From an uncultured bacterium (GTDB lineage Bacteria; Auribacterota; Erginobacteria; Erginobacterales; Erginobacteraceae): DNA of 64,000 bases. Position 1 is the first letter of the stretch, and each line of letters begins with the position of its first letter. Positions 30,060-39,108 of the stretch are shown here, piece by piece. The stretch spans positions 96,001 to 160,000 of the forward strand of contig CAWGIE010000011.1 of the NCBI GenBank assembly GCA_963822585.1. The letters are read 5' to 3'. Made by a program: the position numbers and the translations under genes. A model generated the notes under the pieces. It did not search any database. It was not told the DNA's origin and worked only from the letters and a program-made list of their open reading frames with translations.

Positions 30060-31544
30060 TCATTCAACGGCGATGGTCCCGACCTCCCAGTCCTGGATAT
30101 CGGGATTGGTGTACGGCTGCTTGATGTAGTCGACGGGACCGCGCGGCTGCATGACATTGACAACTTTTTCCTTCCCCCCGTAGGCATCCCAGTCATCGAT
30201 CTTGACATACCCGCTCCCGTCAGTCCGGGCGATCAGATAGAGCCCCATCCTGACCACGTAGGTGCCGGGGGGCGCGTCGGGGCTGATCATCAGCGCAGCC
30301 GAATCGACCCCGATTTCCTGGTTCAGCCCCCAGGCCCTGATCGGGGGGGTGAGGTGGGAGTCCGTCCCGATGCTCCCCGCGTTATCGTTCACGCGGTAGA
30401 CATGAACAAACATCTTGTGGGTCTGGAAGACCGGCTGGTTGAGGCTGAACACTCCCCTGACCTTAAACGGCTGGCCGCGCTTGACCTTTTCGGGCGCCTC
30501 CAGGCGGACAAAGGTGACCGCCGGCTTCCCCGTCGGCATCCCCCGGGAGATCAGGCGGGCCCGGGAGATGTAGAAGGTAACGGGATGCGATGGAGCCATG
30601 ACAAAGAGCTTCACCCGCATGATCGACGAGACGTTGATCTTCCCGCTCAGGTCGACCATGCTCAGGTCTATCCTGCTGGTTTTTCCCGGCAGAAGGGATA
30701 CCCTGGTCTGATACATCCGCCCCGAACGGTCGGTGATCTGGAGGAAGAATCCCGTCCCCTCCCCCTCGGCCGGGATAAAGAACTGCATCTCCAGCGTGTC
30801 ATAGAGGGACCAGTCGCCGGACCGGGGGAGAATATTGAAGACATTCTCCAGCATAACGCCCGGGTATCCCGGCCCGGGAAGGATCGTAACCTTGGCGGCG
30901 GTGGTGACCGCTCCGTCTTCATCTGAATAATTCAAGAACTCGACCGTCGCCCCCAGGGTCTCCCAGAAGATAATATCCTGCTCGTTGTTAAAGGAGACCA
31001 GGTCGAACTCGCTGGGACCGGGGTTCTCCTTCTCCTCCGTCTTGGTCACCATTATCTTCCCGACGATAAAATCCTTGATCTCCCCGTTGGTATAGGGTTC
31101 CCGGAGATAGGTTACCCCCGACTCCGATCCCTCGATCTCCATCAACCCCGCCTGGATATCATACTCTCCCGGTTCCAGGGTGAGGGGGACGGCCAGCTCG
31201 AAAGGACCGGCCTCCACCACCTGGTTGACATCCCAGAGAGGCGTCGAGAAGCGGGGGAAGAAGTCCGCGTTCAGCGCGGTCTCCTGCTGGCCCGGCTTAA
31301 CCAGGTGAAAAAACACCTTCTCACTTTTCTCCAGCGGTTTCACGGTCCGTAAAAACAGGCTGGCGGAGACGAGTTCCCCCTGGGCGATCTCCGTCTGGAG
31401 ATTGAAACTGACAAAGGTCAGCCGGGGCTCGCCCTCCCGGACCTCCGTCTTGTGGCTCCCGTACTCTTTCGCCGGGAGATGGCCGGCGGAGAGAGCAAAG
31501 AGAACCGTCATCAGCGATGCGATTAAATATGGATTTTTTTTCAT
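30060..31544 (-). CDS. Exported hypothetical protein: two copies of a beta-rich domain flanking a CBM-like domain
   Basis: Signal peptide; internal repeat (PGEYDIQAGL..EPYTN / PGTYVVRMGL..QPYTN); DWSLYDTL motif. Confidence 0.75.
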   Translation of the reverse strand: MKKNPYLIASLMTVLFALSAGHLPAKEYGSHKTEVREGEPRLTFVSFNLQTEIAQGELVSASLFLRTVKPLEKSEKVFFHLVKPGQQETALNADFFPRFSTPLWDVNQVVEAGPFELAVPLTLEPGEYDIQAGLMEIEGSESGVTYLREPYTNGEIKDFIVGKIMVTKTEEKENPGPSEFDLVSFNNEQDIIFWETLGATVEFLNYSDEDGAVTTAAKVTILPGPGYPGVMLENVFNILPRSGDWSLYDTLEMQFFIPAEGEGTGFFLQITDRSGRMYQTRVSLLPGKTSRIDLSMVDLSGKINVSSIMRVKLFVMAPSHPVTFYISRARLISRGMPTGKPAVTFVRLEAPEKVKRGQPFKVRGVFSLNQPVFQTHKMFVHVYRVNDNAGSIGTDSHLTPPIRAWGLNQEIGVDSAALMISPDAPPGTYVVRMGLYLIARTDGSGYVKIDDWDAYGGKEKVVNVMQPRGPVDYIKQPYTNPDIQDWEVGTIAVE

Positions 31545-31623
31545 GGGGTTTCCCTGTCGTTAAACTGCCACCATAGCGGAGGGCGCCTCTCCGGCATCGC
31601 CCTCATGATGGAGCCGCATACTA

Positions 31624-32658
31624 TCACGGATTGCCGTTATCAGTCACGCTTATTTCATCGACCACGAACCCGTGGATCTCCGGGTTATCGTAGGGCTGAA
31701 AAAGGTACTCCATCCCTCCATCGCCGGGGACGGGCTGGGCCAACACCACTTCCAGCTGATAGGCGCCGGGGGGAAGAGACTCCGGAATGGCGATCGGAAC
31801 CGGCCCCACTTTGGCCAGCCTCTCGGGGCGCCACTGGCTGGTGGGGAAAGGAGGGTCCAGCCGGGCCAGCGGAAAAAGGGTTTCGCCCTGGCGCAGACGG
31901 AGGAGGAGAATGTTATCCCCCGAGAGCCGTTTATGGAGGATAAAATAAAATGCCCCTTCCACGGTCTCCCCTCTTTTGACGGAGACCGGGAACTGGAGTC
32001 CCATAAACCGGACCAGCGCGGCGGGCCCGGGGGGATGGCCGGGGGCGGAAAAGACGAGATCGCTGAGATAGACAACGGTCTCACTCGACGGCTGCCAGAG
32101 GAAGAAATTAAGGTAGGTCACCTTGCTCAGGTCAAGCCGGTTGGCGAGATCCCCCATCGGGATCCGGATCGTTATCCGCTCCCGGGGAGGGAGAACAATA
32201 CTTTTTTGATAGGCGTTTCCGGAAACATCCTTCACCTTGACCTTGAGATCGACCGGCCAGGATTGCGGGTTATAGGCCTGCAGGGAGAAGCTCTCCGCTT
32301 TCCGCCAGTCCATCATCCCCATCGTCTCATCCGTCCAGAGAAGGCCGGGCGCCGCCGACGGATAATAGGTCACTTTACCCCAGCTGTCATCCGCCCCGAA
32401 GAGGGGGCCGGCCGCCTCCAGCCGGGTCCCGTTTGTCTTCCAGATCGCCAGGTCATCAGGACTCCGGAAAGAACAGCTGAAACCGGCCATTTCCCGGGGC
32501 TTGAATCCGGATACCAGCGCTTGCGGCTCCCGTTTTAATCTCTGTAAAAAACCGGGAAGGTCCGCCAGCCGGTTTTTAAAGAAGAGCAGGAGGATAACGA
32601 CCAGCAACAGTCCCCAGAGTCCGTTGAGGGTCAGTTTTATTAATCTTTTTCTTTCCAT
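31624..32658 (-). CDS. Membrane-anchored hypothetical protein, paralogue of 30060..31544
   Basis: N-terminal TM, DWRKAESF CBM-like segment, C-terminal PGAYQLEV..QPYDNPEI. Confidence 0.75.
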   Translation of the reverse strand: MERKRLIKLTLNGLWGLLLVVILLLFFKNRLADLPGFLQRLKREPQALVSGFKPREMAGFSCSFRSPDDLAIWKTNGTRLEAAGPLFGADDSWGKVTYYPSAAPGLLWTDETMGMMDWRKAESFSLQAYNPQSWPVDLKVKVKDVSGNAYQKSIVLPPRERITIRIPMGDLANRLDLSKVTYLNFFLWQPSSETVVYLSDLVFSAPGHPPGPAALVRFMGLQFPVSVKRGETVEGAFYFILHKRLSGDNILLLRLRQGETLFPLARLDPPFPTSQWRPERLAKVGPVPIAIPESLPPGAYQLEVVLAQPVPGDGGMEYLFQPYDNPEIHGFVVDEISVTDNGNP

Positions 32659-32964
32659 CCGGGCGCCGTTTTTGCTACGATATGAAGATAATTTTTCGGT
32701 TCTCGGCCATTTTTAACAACCACCCCCGCGGCTGATGTCCGGGATCCTGCTTGGAGGAGTTGCCGTTTCTGTTCCTCAATCCGGCCCGGGAGTAAAAGTT
32801 CACGAAATGCACAGTAACAAATAACGAATTCCGAGTCAAACAACCATTCATGATCCGTTGATTGGAAAAGTTGCATTTGCAATCAGGGGCCTTTTATGGT
32901 AGACAGTTGTCATTCTGCAGTTTCCGTTAACATTCCCTGCGGGGGATTTTGGAGGCCTTGTGCG

Positions 32965-33819
32965 ATGGTCAAATCATCTGTCAGTTCTATTGTGCTCCTC
33001 ATGGTCCTTTTCTCTTTCTCTCCCCTCCTTCTCGGGGAGACGGCCGAAGTGGCCGACCGGCAGGGATTGGAGAGCGTCTGGAAACGGTCGGGCAGGACCA
33101 CGGGGGTGATCGACTACCCCTACAGCCCGCAGCCGGGTATTTATGGCGGCAAAGACGTTCGGCAGCTGGAAAATCGGGGGTACATCTTTATCAATCCCCA
33201 GACGGAAGAGTTCACCCGCCGGCCCGCGGTCCCGGCCGCCGAGACGGCCACGACCGGCGCCGGGCAGCCCGACTGCGAAGAGATCCGCAAAGCTCTTGAG
33301 GCAGAGGTGGCGCGATCCACGCGGCTGGAGGCGGAGAAGCAGACAACCGCGGACGAACTGCGCGAGATGAGCCAGAAAGCCGACGATCAACAGTTCAAAA
33401 TCGCGGCCCTGGAGTTCGAAATCACTCAATTAGAGGAGCAGATCGCGGCCGCGGAAGGCACTTCCGGGGGTCCGGGTACGGTCGGCGGCGGCGAAGGCAG
33501 CGGCCCGGGCATTGAGGAGACCGGCACCTACATGGTCGAGAAAGGCGACAACCTCTGGAATATCGCGGGCAAGCCCGGGATTTACAATGACCCCTACCGC
33601 TGGCTCCTTCTCTATCACGCCAACCGCGACCAGATCTTCGAACCGGACCTTATCTATCCCGGCATGATCCTGCTCGTCCCCCATTACCGGGGGCTGGCAC
33701 GGCCGGCGGCAACACCGGCCGGGGAAGAACTTCCGGCCGGAGAAGAAGCTCCGGCGGCAGAACAGCCTCCGCCCGGGGCGGTGGACACTAAAACAGGTCA
33801 GGGAGAGCAGGGAGAATAA
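32965..33819 (+). CDS. Exported coiled-coil + LysM protein
   Basis: GGAGG then ATG 32965; signal peptide, heptad region, YMVEKGDNLWNIAG...PDLIYPG. Confidence 0.85.
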   Translation: MVKSSVSSIVLLMVLFSFSPLLLGETAEVADRQGLESVWKRSGRTTGVIDYPYSPQPGIYGGKDVRQLENRGYIFINPQTEEFTRRPAVPAAETATTGAGQPDCEEIRKALEAEVARSTRLEAEKQTTADELREMSQKADDQQFKIAALEFEITQLEEQIAAAEGTSGGPGTVGGGEGSGPGIEETGTYMVEKGDNLWNIAGKPGIYNDPYRWLLLYHANRDQIFEPDLIYPGMILLVPHYRGLARPAATPAGEELPAGEEAPAAEQPPPGAVDTKTGQGEQGE

Positions 33820-35942
33820 TGGCTGCCTTTTCTCCAATTTTTCCCACCCGCGGGTTAAGGGGCGTTTTCATCCCGGGCGCCTTGCTACTGCTTCTTTTTT
33901 CCTCCTCGCCGGTCCGCTCCCAGCCGCTCCAGCGAAGCGATACGGCCCAGATCGAGGCCGATATGGAATCAACCATCCAGGACAAACTCAACACTCTGAT
34001 CGGTCCCCGGAGGAGCATCGTCAATGTCAATGTCACCCTGGCCGACCAGTTCGCCGATCAGGCCGGCCAGGAGGTCCGGGCGCTGGAGCGTCTGCCGGGC
34101 GTCCAGATAAAGACACCGGAACAACAGGAGGCGGTACGCCAATCCGGCATCTTCTCCCCTATTATCTCCAGCATTCACATAACCATCGATGCCGACGATA
34201 CCCTTCCGGAGGCGGATCTGGGCACCGCACCGGAGTACAACGGAAGAATCCGGGAGGCCGTTTCGCGCTGGTCCCGGCTCAACCCGGCTCGGGGAGACAC
34301 GCTCAAGATTAATCCGATGGAATGGGGGGATACCGCGCCCCCCACCGGCGCCCAGCAAAATTATCTGCTTTATTCAATTCTGGCCCTGGTCGCCCTCCTG
34401 ATCCTGATCGCCGCCATCTATTTCCCGATGCGGAAATTGAAGGGGACCGCCCCGGCGGTGGCGGCGGCCGGCGCGGCCGGGGAAACGGGGGCCGCCCCCA
34501 GCAGCGGGCCGGCGGTCGCGGAAGAGGAACGCCGGCAGGAAAAGAGGGCGGAGTTGGAGGCGATGCAGCAGGCCCTGGCCGGGGCCACCAGCGACACGAC
34601 CGAAAGCACCCTGACCTCGATCAAGGAATTGATGGAGCAACAACTGGCCAGCGGAGCCCGGGATGACTCCGGAATTCTGGAAGAGATCCGCGACATGCTC
34701 GGCAATCCGCCGCAGGAATCGGATGCCCTGCTCACCGAGATGAGGGACACCCTGTCAGACATGCTGGATGAGCAGAGGAAAATCGCCGCCAAAGCCGGCA
34801 TGGCCGGCGCCGGGGCACCGGGGACGGCCGGCGGCCCGGCCGCGGGGCCGGCGGCGGCGGCAGGACCGATGGGGGAAGGCGGAGCCGGAGAGGCCATGGG
34901 GGCCGAGATCGTGGAGGCGCTGGGCAACCTGGAAGAGATGATGGCCCAGCAGCTGGAAAAGACGCCGGATAAGGAAGGGATCGATCAGCCGTTCAAGTAT
35001 CTCAAGTCAACCGATCCCGAAGACATTATTCTCTTAATCAGCGATGAGGAACCGAAACTGGCGGCGGCGGTTCTTTCCCAGATCGATCCCAAGGCGGCGG
35101 CGGCGGTCTTTGAAGCCCTGGAGGACGATAAACAGTTCGAGCTGGCCCGGGCCATGACTCAGCTTACTGAAGAAGAGGACATGGCGGAAGAGATCAAGGA
35201 CTTCCTGGAGCGGAAGTTGAAGATCGTCCGACTTCACAAAGACTATGAGCCGGTCACGGGGGTGCGGGTCCTGGCCGATATTCTCAGTACCAGCCGCTAC
35301 GCCATCGCCAAGGTCATGCTGGCAAAGATGGAGTCAAAAAACCCGGCGATGGCGGCCGAGGTCCGGAAACGGATGTTCCTCTTTGAAGATATCCAGACCC
35401 TGGCGGACAAGGATGTCGAGATTTTGATCCACAACCTCAACCCGGAACTCCTGGCCCACGCCCTTGCCGACGCCGCCGAGGAGAGCCGGAGCAAATTCCT
35501 GAAGAACATGACCGAGAAAGCCCAGGAGATGGTGCGGGAGGACATGGAGTCGGTCAAAAAAGTACAGATCGAGGAAGAAGGGAAGGAACTGCCCTTCAAC
35601 CAGGCTCTCCTGGGCGTGGAGCAAAACATCATCGACGAAATCTTCCGGACGGTGGACCGGACCACGCTGAAGATGGCCCTCCGGGGCGCTTCCGAACAGG
35701 TGCAGGAGAAATTTTTCAGCGGTCTGACCGAGCGCGCGGTGGCCATGCTGAGGGAGGACCTGGAGGTCATGGGCGGGATCTCCCGGGCCCGGGCGGATGA
35801 AGCCCAGGAAGAGATCATGAATATTCTCCGCCAGCTGAGCAGCAAGACCCTCTCGGCCCAGCATGAAGTAATCGCCACCATCCGGAAACTCGAACATGAA
35901 GGACAGATAACGGTCCCCCGTTTTCAGGAAGAGACGGTATAA
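33819..35942 (+). CDS. FliF-like periplasmic domain + TM + FliG middle and duplicated C-terminal domains (fusion protein)
   Basis: RLNPARGDTLKI (FliF C-like), TM, PFKYL..DEEPKLAAAVLS (FliG_M), MFLFEDI, NMTEKAQEMVREDME, GLTERAVAMLREDLE, AQHEVIATIRKLEHEGQI. Confidence 0.8.
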   Translation: MAAFSPIFPTRGLRGVFIPGALLLLLFSSSPVRSQPLQRSDTAQIEADMESTIQDKLNTLIGPRRSIVNVNVTLADQFADQAGQEVRALERLPGVQIKTPEQQEAVRQSGIFSPIISSIHITIDADDTLPEADLGTAPEYNGRIREAVSRWSRLNPARGDTLKINPMEWGDTAPPTGAQQNYLLYSILALVALLILIAAIYFPMRKLKGTAPAVAAAGAAGETGAAPSSGPAVAEEERRQEKRAELEAMQQALAGATSDTTESTLTSIKELMEQQLASGARDDSGILEEIRDMLGNPPQESDALLTEMRDTLSDMLDEQRKIAAKAGMAGAGAPGTAGGPAAGPAAAAGPMGEGGAGEAMGAEIVEALGNLEEMMAQQLEKTPDKEGIDQPFKYLKSTDPEDIILLISDEEPKLAAAVLSQIDPKAAAAVFEALEDDKQFELARAMTQLTEEEDMAEEIKDFLERKLKIVRLHKDYEPVTGVRVLADILSTSRYAIAKVMLAKMESKNPAMAAEVRKRMFLFEDIQTLADKDVEILIHNLNPELLAHALADAAEESRSKFLKNMTEKAQEMVREDMESVKKVQIEEEGKELPFNQALLGVEQNIIDEIFRTVDRTTLKMALRGASEQVQEKFFSGLTERAVAMLREDLEVMGGISRARADEAQEEIMNILRQLSSKTLSAQHEVIATIRKLEHEGQITVPRFQEETV

Positions 35943-35944
35943 TT

Positions 35945-36151
35945 ATGATTAAGTTATCCAGGCTCAACGGCCAGGAGTTGGTCGTCAACGCCGAGATGAT
36001 CGAGAAGATCGAGGCCAAGCCCGATACCATCATCACCCTGACCACCGGTGATCAGTATATCGTCCGGGACACGGTGGACGAGATCATCGATAAGGTGACC
36101 AGATATAAACAAAAGATCAACTTTCTCCGAAAGGAACCAACCATCGGATAA
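35945..36151 (+). CDS. flbD: FlbD/SwrD family protein
   Basis: MIKLSRLNGQELVVNAEMIEKIEAKPDTIITLTTG; immediately upstream of motA. Confidence 0.92.
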   Translation: MIKLSRLNGQELVVNAEMIEKIEAKPDTIITLTTGDQYIVRDTVDEIIDKVTRYKQKINFLRKEPTIG

Positions 36152-36157
36152 GGGATC

Positions 36158-36910
36158 ATGCGACTCAGCACTATAATCGGTTTTATCCTCGGCAGCTGCG
36201 TTATCTTCTTCTCGATTTATTTCCGCGGGCCGGAGATGCTCAGCTACTTCGTCAACCTGCCTTCAATAATTATCGTTTTCGGAGGCACCGGGGCGGCCAT
36301 CCTGATCAACTTCAGTTTCCGGCAGATTATGAGCGGCCTGAAAGCTTTCCGCTATACCCTGGTGGGGAGCGTGATGGACCCGGAGGCGGTCATCACCCTG
36401 ATCGTGGAGATGGCGGTCAAGGCCCGGAAGGAAGGGTTCATGTCGATCCGGGGTCTCTCCACCAGAGGCAAATATCCGCTGCTCGACATCGGGGTCGACC
36501 TGGTGGCCGACGGGACCGACCCGGGCGTCACCCGGGGCATCCTGGAAACGGTCTCCGACTATCTCCAGATGAAGATCGGCGCCGATGAGCGGCTCTGGCG
36601 GGATATCGGCGTCTACTCCCCCCTCTACGGGATGGTCGGGACCCTGATCGGTCTGATCATGCTCCTGAAGACACTGACCGATCCCGACACCATCGCCCCC
36701 AACATGTCGGTCGCCCTGATGACCACCTTCTACGGGATTATTTTTGCCGGCATGGTCTGCTTGCCGGTGGCCGGGAAGATCAGGGTGTATAACATCAACA
36801 TGGCCCTGTCCCGGGAAATCATTATTGAGGGGATCGCCTCCATTCAGGCCGGGGACAATTCCCAGATCGTCCGGGAGAAGCTCCGGGCATATCTGGCCGG
36901 GCGGCAATAG
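36158..36910 (+). CDS. motA: MotA/PomA stator subunit
   Basis: PSIIIVFGGT, ARKEG, PLYGMVGTLIGLI, ALMTTFYG, IIEGIASIQAGDN. Confidence 0.9.
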   Translation: MRLSTIIGFILGSCVIFFSIYFRGPEMLSYFVNLPSIIIVFGGTGAAILINFSFRQIMSGLKAFRYTLVGSVMDPEAVITLIVEMAVKARKEGFMSIRGLSTRGKYPLLDIGVDLVADGTDPGVTRGILETVSDYLQMKIGADERLWRDIGVYSPLYGMVGTLIGLIMLLKTLTDPDTIAPNMSVALMTTFYGIIFAGMVCLPVAGKIRVYNINMALSREIIIEGIASIQAGDNSQIVREKLRAYLAGRQ

Positions 36911-37006
36911 ACACCTTTTCCCCCCGGGGAAATACGCGCTGTCTCCCGTCCGGCGGTGACGGATCGGCCCGCGCTGGTTACCGTCGATTGAGAGGAGGGT
37001 ATCTCC

Positions 37007-37825
37007 ATGTCCGACGACACCGAACTGTCACCCCAGGTCGAACACGAGCGAATCGACCCGGAGGCGGGAAGCGGGGGACTGGAGGGGGAGTGGCCGCCCG
37101 ACTGGATGGTCACCTACTCCGACATGACGACCATCCTGATGACCTTCTTCGTCCTCTGGTACGCCCTGACCACGGCTAAAGTCGACCAGGACATTCTCAA
37201 ATTCCGCGAGAAGAATGACCAGCAGATTAAAGTGGGGGTAGCGCCGGTGAAAAGGCAAGACGCCATCACCGAGGATGAACTGCGGATCCTGAGACAGTTC
37301 CAGCGGCTCACCCGGGATCAGCAGCGGATCGTCCTGACCGAGATGCGGGCGCTCCGGGTCAAGGCGGAGGAGGTGATGGAGTTCATCAAGCAGGGGAAGA
37401 TGGAAAACGAGGTGGAGATGAAGGTGACGGCGGAAGATATCGTGATCATCCCCACCGCCCCCCTCATCTTCCGGGAAGGGCAGGCAACCATAAAAAAATC
37501 CTTCTACCCGATTTTGGATAAGATCGCCTGGCTGCTGAAGGAGACCGGAGCGTCAGTGAGAATCGAGGGACATACGGACGCGACCCCCATCTCTCCCCGA
37601 CACCGGCAGATATTTCCCAGCAACTGGGACCTCTCCGCCGCCCGGGCGGTCGCGGTCGCGCGATACCTGATCGATACCGGGGGCATCCCCCCGGAGAGAA
37701 TCGCCACCGCGGCGTACGGCTCCTCCCGGCCGAAATACCCCGAGGATAATCCGCTTCTCCGGGCCCGCAACCGGCGGGTTGAATTTCACATCTTCATCAG
37801 TTCCGAGTCGCTTACCAAGGAATAA
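37007..37825 (+). CDS. motB: MotB/PomB stator subunit 1
   Basis: WMVTYSDMTTILMTFF with conserved Asp; OmpA-like EGHTD, SNWDLSAARA, NRRVE. Confidence 0.9.
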   Translation: MSDDTELSPQVEHERIDPEAGSGGLEGEWPPDWMVTYSDMTTILMTFFVLWYALTTAKVDQDILKFREKNDQQIKVGVAPVKRQDAITEDELRILRQFQRLTRDQQRIVLTEMRALRVKAEEVMEFIKQGKMENEVEMKVTAEDIVIIPTAPLIFREGQATIKKSFYPILDKIAWLLKETGASVRIEGHTDATPISPRHRQIFPSNWDLSAARAVAVARYLIDTGGIPPERIATAAYGSSRPKYPEDNPLLRARNRRVEFHIFISSESLTKE

Positions 37826-37848
37826 CGCTCAACTTTTTCTCTACCGCC

Positions 37849-38679
37849 ATGACACATCGAATACCGAAATCAGCGCGGGATACCGAAGGAGTGTCCTGGC
37901 CGCCGGAGTGGATGACCACTTACTCCGACATGGCCACCCTCCTGATGACCTTTTTTATCATCCTCTCCACCATGATGGCGCTGAACATCGATATCACCTG
38001 GGTGGTCGGGCATGATTACATCGACTTCAACCCCCAGGACACGACGGATATCCCGATTACACTGACCCGGGAGGAGAAAGAACTCCTGGACAAGATCCGG
38101 GAACTGAAACAGCAGCAGATGCGGGAGCTGGCCAAGATCAACGAGATGCAGCGGATGGCCAAGGAGATCCAGCAGTACATCATCGACGCCAACCTGAGCA
38201 GTTTCGTCCGGGTCGAGGTCAGCAAATGGAAGCTGAAGATCGTCCCGGTCGCCCCCTTCCTCTTCCGTCCGGGCAGTGCCGCTCTCCGGCCCGAAGGGAA
38301 GGCCTTTCTCACCGCGCTCTCAAAATTCTTCCTCTTCAGCCCGACCGCCCAGGTCCGGATAACCGGGCACACCGATAACATCCCGATCAAGACGCCGCGT
38401 TTCCCGTCCAACTGGGAGCTGAGCTGCGCCCGGGCCACCTCCGTGATGCGCTACCTGATCGATGAATGCGGGCTTGATCCCCTGACCCTGAGCGCGGTTG
38501 GATATGGTCCCTACAAGCCGATCGCCTCCAACGCGACCCCGGAGGGCCGCGCGAAAAACCGTCGGGTGGAGATCGAGCTCATCCAGCGGCCGGGGCTTCC
38601 CGTTCAGCTGCCCGAAGCGGAATCGGCGGCGGGGGAAGGTGAGACCGGGGGCGAAACGGCCAGTGACTCGGCGATCTGA
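37849..38679 (+). CDS. motB: MotB/PomB stator subunit 2
   Basis: WMTTYSDMATLLMTFF; TGHTDN, SNWELSCARA, NRRVEI. Confidence 0.9.
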   Translation: MTHRIPKSARDTEGVSWPPEWMTTYSDMATLLMTFFIILSTMMALNIDITWVVGHDYIDFNPQDTTDIPITLTREEKELLDKIRELKQQQMRELAKINEMQRMAKEIQQYIIDANLSSFVRVEVSKWKLKIVPVAPFLFRPGSAALRPEGKAFLTALSKFFLFSPTAQVRITGHTDNIPIKTPRFPSNWELSCARATSVMRYLIDECGLDPLTLSAVGYGPYKPIASNATPEGRAKNRRVEIELIQRPGLPVQLPEAESAAGEGETGGETASDSAI

Positions 38680-39108
38680 TTCTGAGTCCGATGCACCTTC
38701 ACTATTTGCCGCAGAAGGTGCCCCAGAACCAACCCGAGAACGATCCCTCCCGCCACCGCGCAGATCAGAACCGCCAAGACTTCCCACGTAGCCAGCTTTT
38801 TTTTCTTCTTCTCCCCGTAGGGATCGGCACGCATTCTGACCCGCACGCGTTTCCTGGCATTCTTCTCGGGATGAGCCGTTTCCTGCATTGGATGTTCCGT
38901 CCGGATCGATGGTTAAGCTTCGCAACTTATTTAACCGTGAATCTCGCCAAACTTCGCTAATAAAAACTACGAATTGCGCGAATTACACGAATTGGGATGT
39001 TTCATGATGACCTAAAGATATCATATATAAGACGTTCCAGCCATCACCCAATCCGTCTCCGCTTGCGGCCGGCGGGATCGGGGCCGGGCGACTTTCCGCA
39101 TCGACGGA

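Noticed and set aside
32861..32881. Sigma-54 promoter before the motor operon (ttggaaaagttgcatttgca)
   Set aside because: The GG and GC dinucleotides are not at the required N10 spacing.
36158..38679. Zorya (ZorAB) anti-phage system
   Set aside because: MotA has no long cytoplasmic tail, there is no zorC/D/E, and FliG and FlbD are adjacent.
38680..39108. Short ORFs between motB2 and the GT4 gene
   Set aside because: No recognisable motif or clear RBS; cannot be supported.
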